A stretch of DNA of 36,353 nt from a virus. The stretch lies in UHGV virus genome UHGV-0234394. The stretch is one strand, 5' to 3'. Below the pieces are notes generated by a model. That model did not search any database and was not told the origin of the DNA. It saw only the letters and a program-made list of their open reading frames with translations. Below are positions 34,393-36,353 of this stretch, one piece after another. The stretch's first letter is position 1. The number at the start of each line of letters is the position of its first letter. Position numbers and translations under genes: made by a program.

Positions 34393-35128
34393 GGTTTATC
34401 AGACTGACAATGCCACGCTCTGTCGTGGGAATGCGCTGGAAATATTGCCGCTGATTGAGCCAGAAAGCATTGATGCCTTAATCACTGACCCGCCTTACAG
34501 TTCGGGTGCGACACACAAGGCCGGACGCACCAACCAGGGCAGCCATGCAAAATATCTGAACGGCGAGAACCTTCACCGCTTTGATGGGTTCGCGGGTGAA
34601 AACATGGACGCCCGTTCGTGGGCTTACTGGACACAATTATGGATGGCACAGGCACACCGCGCAGTCAGGCCGGGCGGTTATGCCCTGGTATTTACTGACT
34701 GGCGACAACTACCAGCTTTAACCGATGCGTTTCAGGCCAGTGGCTTTACATGGCGCGGCATCATTGCGTGGAACAAAGGGAGGGGGTCACGAACACCACA
34801 TACCGGGTATTTCCGGCATCAGTGCGAATACATCGTCTGGGGCAGCAAAGGCCATTTAGATAAATCGCCTTCGGGACCGTTCGACGGCTGCATGACGTTC
34901 CCGGTTATCTCGTCAAAGAAAATGCACCCGACCGGAAAACCAGAAGAACTAATGGCGGAACTGGTCAGGACTGTGAATAGTGGCGGAACAGTCCTTGATC
35001 CTTTTATGGGGTCAGGGACAACGGGTGTGGCTGCACTGAAAGCAGGACGCAAATTTATTGGTATAGAAACCAGTGATCATTATTTTGATGTAGCAACACA
35101 ACGGCTCAAAACGGCGATCGAACCATAA
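34337..35128 (+). CDS. DNA methyltransferase, beta-class (DPPY before FxGSGT), N6-adenine or N4-cytosine
   Basis: ITDPPYSS near the N-terminus and LDPFMGSGTTGVAAL near the C-terminus; alternative GTG start at 34343 has better SD spacing. Confidence 0.8.
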   Translation: MTVGIAIQHQPAHTPEHTKVYQTDNATLCRGNALEILPLIEPESIDALITDPPYSSGATHKAGRTNQGSHAKYLNGENLHRFDGFAGENMDARSWAYWTQLWMAQAHRAVRPGGYALVFTDWRQLPALTDAFQASGFTWRGIIAWNKGRGSRTPHTGYFRHQCEYIVWGSKGHLDKSPSGPFDGCMTFPVISSKKMHPTGKPEELMAELVRTVNSGGTVLDPFMGSGTTGVAALKAGRKFIGIETSDHYFDVATQRLKTAIEP

Positions 35129-35172
35129 GACAAAGCCCGCAATGTTGCGGGCTTACTCTACCTCTCGAAAAT

Positions 35173-35195
35173 GTGGTCACTGCGTGGACATACGC
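35173..35195. repeat. candidate attR core (gtggtcactgcgtggacatacgc)
   Basis: Matches 169-193; lies between the methyltransferase terminator and the flk promoter region. Confidence 0.5.
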
Positions 35196-35357
35196 TGATA
35201 CAAATCCTTTTATATCAATAAATTAAATCTTTGTTTTTTTCATCAACAAGGATTTTCACGTTTGTGTTACCTGTATGAGACGAGAGTTAACCAGACAAGT
35301 GTGCCATAATCTCGCGGCCAGGCATACTTGCGAAGATTTCAGGTATAAGGATACGTA

Positions 35358-36353
35358 ATGATACAACCTATTTCCGGCCCTCCTCCTGGGCAACCACCAG
35401 GTCAGGGAGATAACCTGCCGTCTGGCGCGGGCAATCAGCCTTTATCCAGTCAGCAACGTACTTCGCTGGAAAGCTTAATGACGAAAGTGACCTCACTGAC
35501 GCAACAACAAAGAGCAGAACTGTGGGCGGGTATCAGGCACGATATTGGTCTGTCGGGAGATTCACCGCTGCTTTCGCGTCACTTCCCTGCCGCTGAGCAT
35601 AATCTGGCGCAACGTCTGTTGGCCGCGCAGAAAAGCCATTCTGCCCGCCAGCTTTTAGCGCAATTAGGGGAGTATTTACGTCTGGGGAATAATCGTCAGG
35701 CGGTCACGGATTATATCCGTCATAACTTTGGTCAGACGCCGCTGAATCAGCTCTCACCGGAGCAATTAAAAACCATTCTCACCCTGTTGCAGGAAGGGAA
35801 GATGGTTATTCCGCAACCACAGCAGCGCGAGGCGACCGACCGTCCTTTATTACCGGCGGAGCACAATGCGCTCAAACAGCTGGTGACCAAACTTGCGGCA
35901 GCAACGGGGGAACCCAGCAAACAGATCTGGCAATCGATGCTGGAACTTTCCGGGGTGAAAGATGGCGAGTTAATTCCAGCGAAACTGTTTAACCATCTGG
36001 TGACCTGGCTACAGGCGCGTCAGACGCTAAGCCAGCAAAATACGCCGACGCTTGAATCACTACAGATGGCGCTGAAACAACCTTTAGATGCCAGTGAACT
36101 GGCGGCGTTATCGGCATATATCCAGCAAAAATATGGCCTTTCTGCGCAATCATCGCTTTCTTCTGCCCAGGCCGAGGATATTCTTAACCAGCTTTATCAA
36201 CGGCGGGTTAAAGGGATTGAGCCGCGTGATATGCAACCGCTGCTTAATCCTTTTCCACCGATGATGGACACGTTGCAAAATATGGCAACGCGTCCCGCGC
36301 TGTGGATACTGTTAGTCGCGATTATCCTGATGCTGGTCTGGCTGGTTCGTTAA
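35358..36353 (+). CDS. flk: flagellar regulator Flk-like protein with C-terminal membrane anchor (chromosomal flank)
   Basis: 331 aa, Pro/Gln-rich N-terminus (MIQPISGPPPGQPPGQ) and hydrophobic C-terminal tail (ALWILLVAIILMLVWLVR), as I recall for enterobacterial Flk. Confidence 0.65.
   Translation: MIQPISGPPPGQPPGQGDNLPSGAGNQPLSSQQRTSLESLMTKVTSLTQQQRAELWAGIRHDIGLSGDSPLLSRHFPAAEHNLAQRLLAAQKSHSARQLLAQLGEYLRLGNNRQAVTDYIRHNFGQTPLNQLSPEQLKTILTLLQEGKMVIPQPQQREATDRPLLPAEHNALKQLVTKLAAATGEPSKQIWQSMLELSGVKDGELIPAKLFNHLVTWLQARQTLSQQNTPTLESLQMALKQPLDASELAALSAYIQQKYGLSAQSSLSSAQAEDILNQLYQRRVKGIEPRDMQPLLNPFPPMMDTLQNMATRPALWILLVAIILMLVWLVR

Larger units (their letters stand above)
169..35195. mobile_element. 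P2-like temperate prophage, apparently complete
   Basis: Gene order int-C-cox ... A ... Q,P (minus) / O,N,M,L,X,lysis,R,S,V,W,J,I,H ... D, ogr follows the P2 prophage map; bounded by imperfect direct repeats at 169-193 and 35173-35195; chromosomal flk-like gene immediately to the right. Confidence 0.8.

Noticed and set aside
1-36353. CRISPR array, tRNA or rRNA genes
   Set aside because: Direct repeats found are few and not interspersed with regular spacers; no cloverleaf-like tRNA near either att candidate could be recognised by eye, though a tRNA scan was not run.

Overview
The window is almost entirely one P2-like (Peduovirus-type) temperate prophage of about 35 kb, from a tyrosine integrase at the left edge to ogr and a cluster of accessory genes at the right edge, ending just before a chromosomal flk-like gene (35358-36353). 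Proposed attL/attR are an imperfect ~23-bp direct repeat at 169-193 and 35173-35195. The backbone reads as the P2 map: int-C-cox immunity region, a string of small early genes, an A-type rolling-circle replication initiator, Q/P packaging genes on the minus strand, O-N-M-L head genes, X plus a lysis cassette, R-S-V-W-J-I-H tail and baseplate genes, a minus-strand FI-FII-E/E'-T-U tail operon, D and ogr. All product calls are by-eye motif and similarity recognition without database searches. The accessory content is where the interest lies: (1) a Phd/Doc-type toxin-antitoxin pair with a phased operator next to a ParM-like gene remnant at the old/tin hotspot; (2) an unknown 174-aa gene between the putative cos region and the portal gene; (3) a tail fibre with an apparent self-cleaving C-terminal chaperone domain and no gpG, followed by a small membrane protein at the Z/fun position; (4) an AT-rich non-coding island bracketed by a duplicated 3' end of gene U, with a promoter and intrinsic terminators (candidate sRNA); (5) an AT-rich unknown gene between D and ogr; (6) a hok/mok-type type I toxin locus; (7) a Mu Com-like zinc-finger gene overlapping a beta-class DNA methyltransferase, preceded by three GATC sites, which parallels the Mu com/mom control logic. 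The FI-U block is inverted relative to canonical P2. No rRNA, tRNA, CRISPR array or IS element was recognised.
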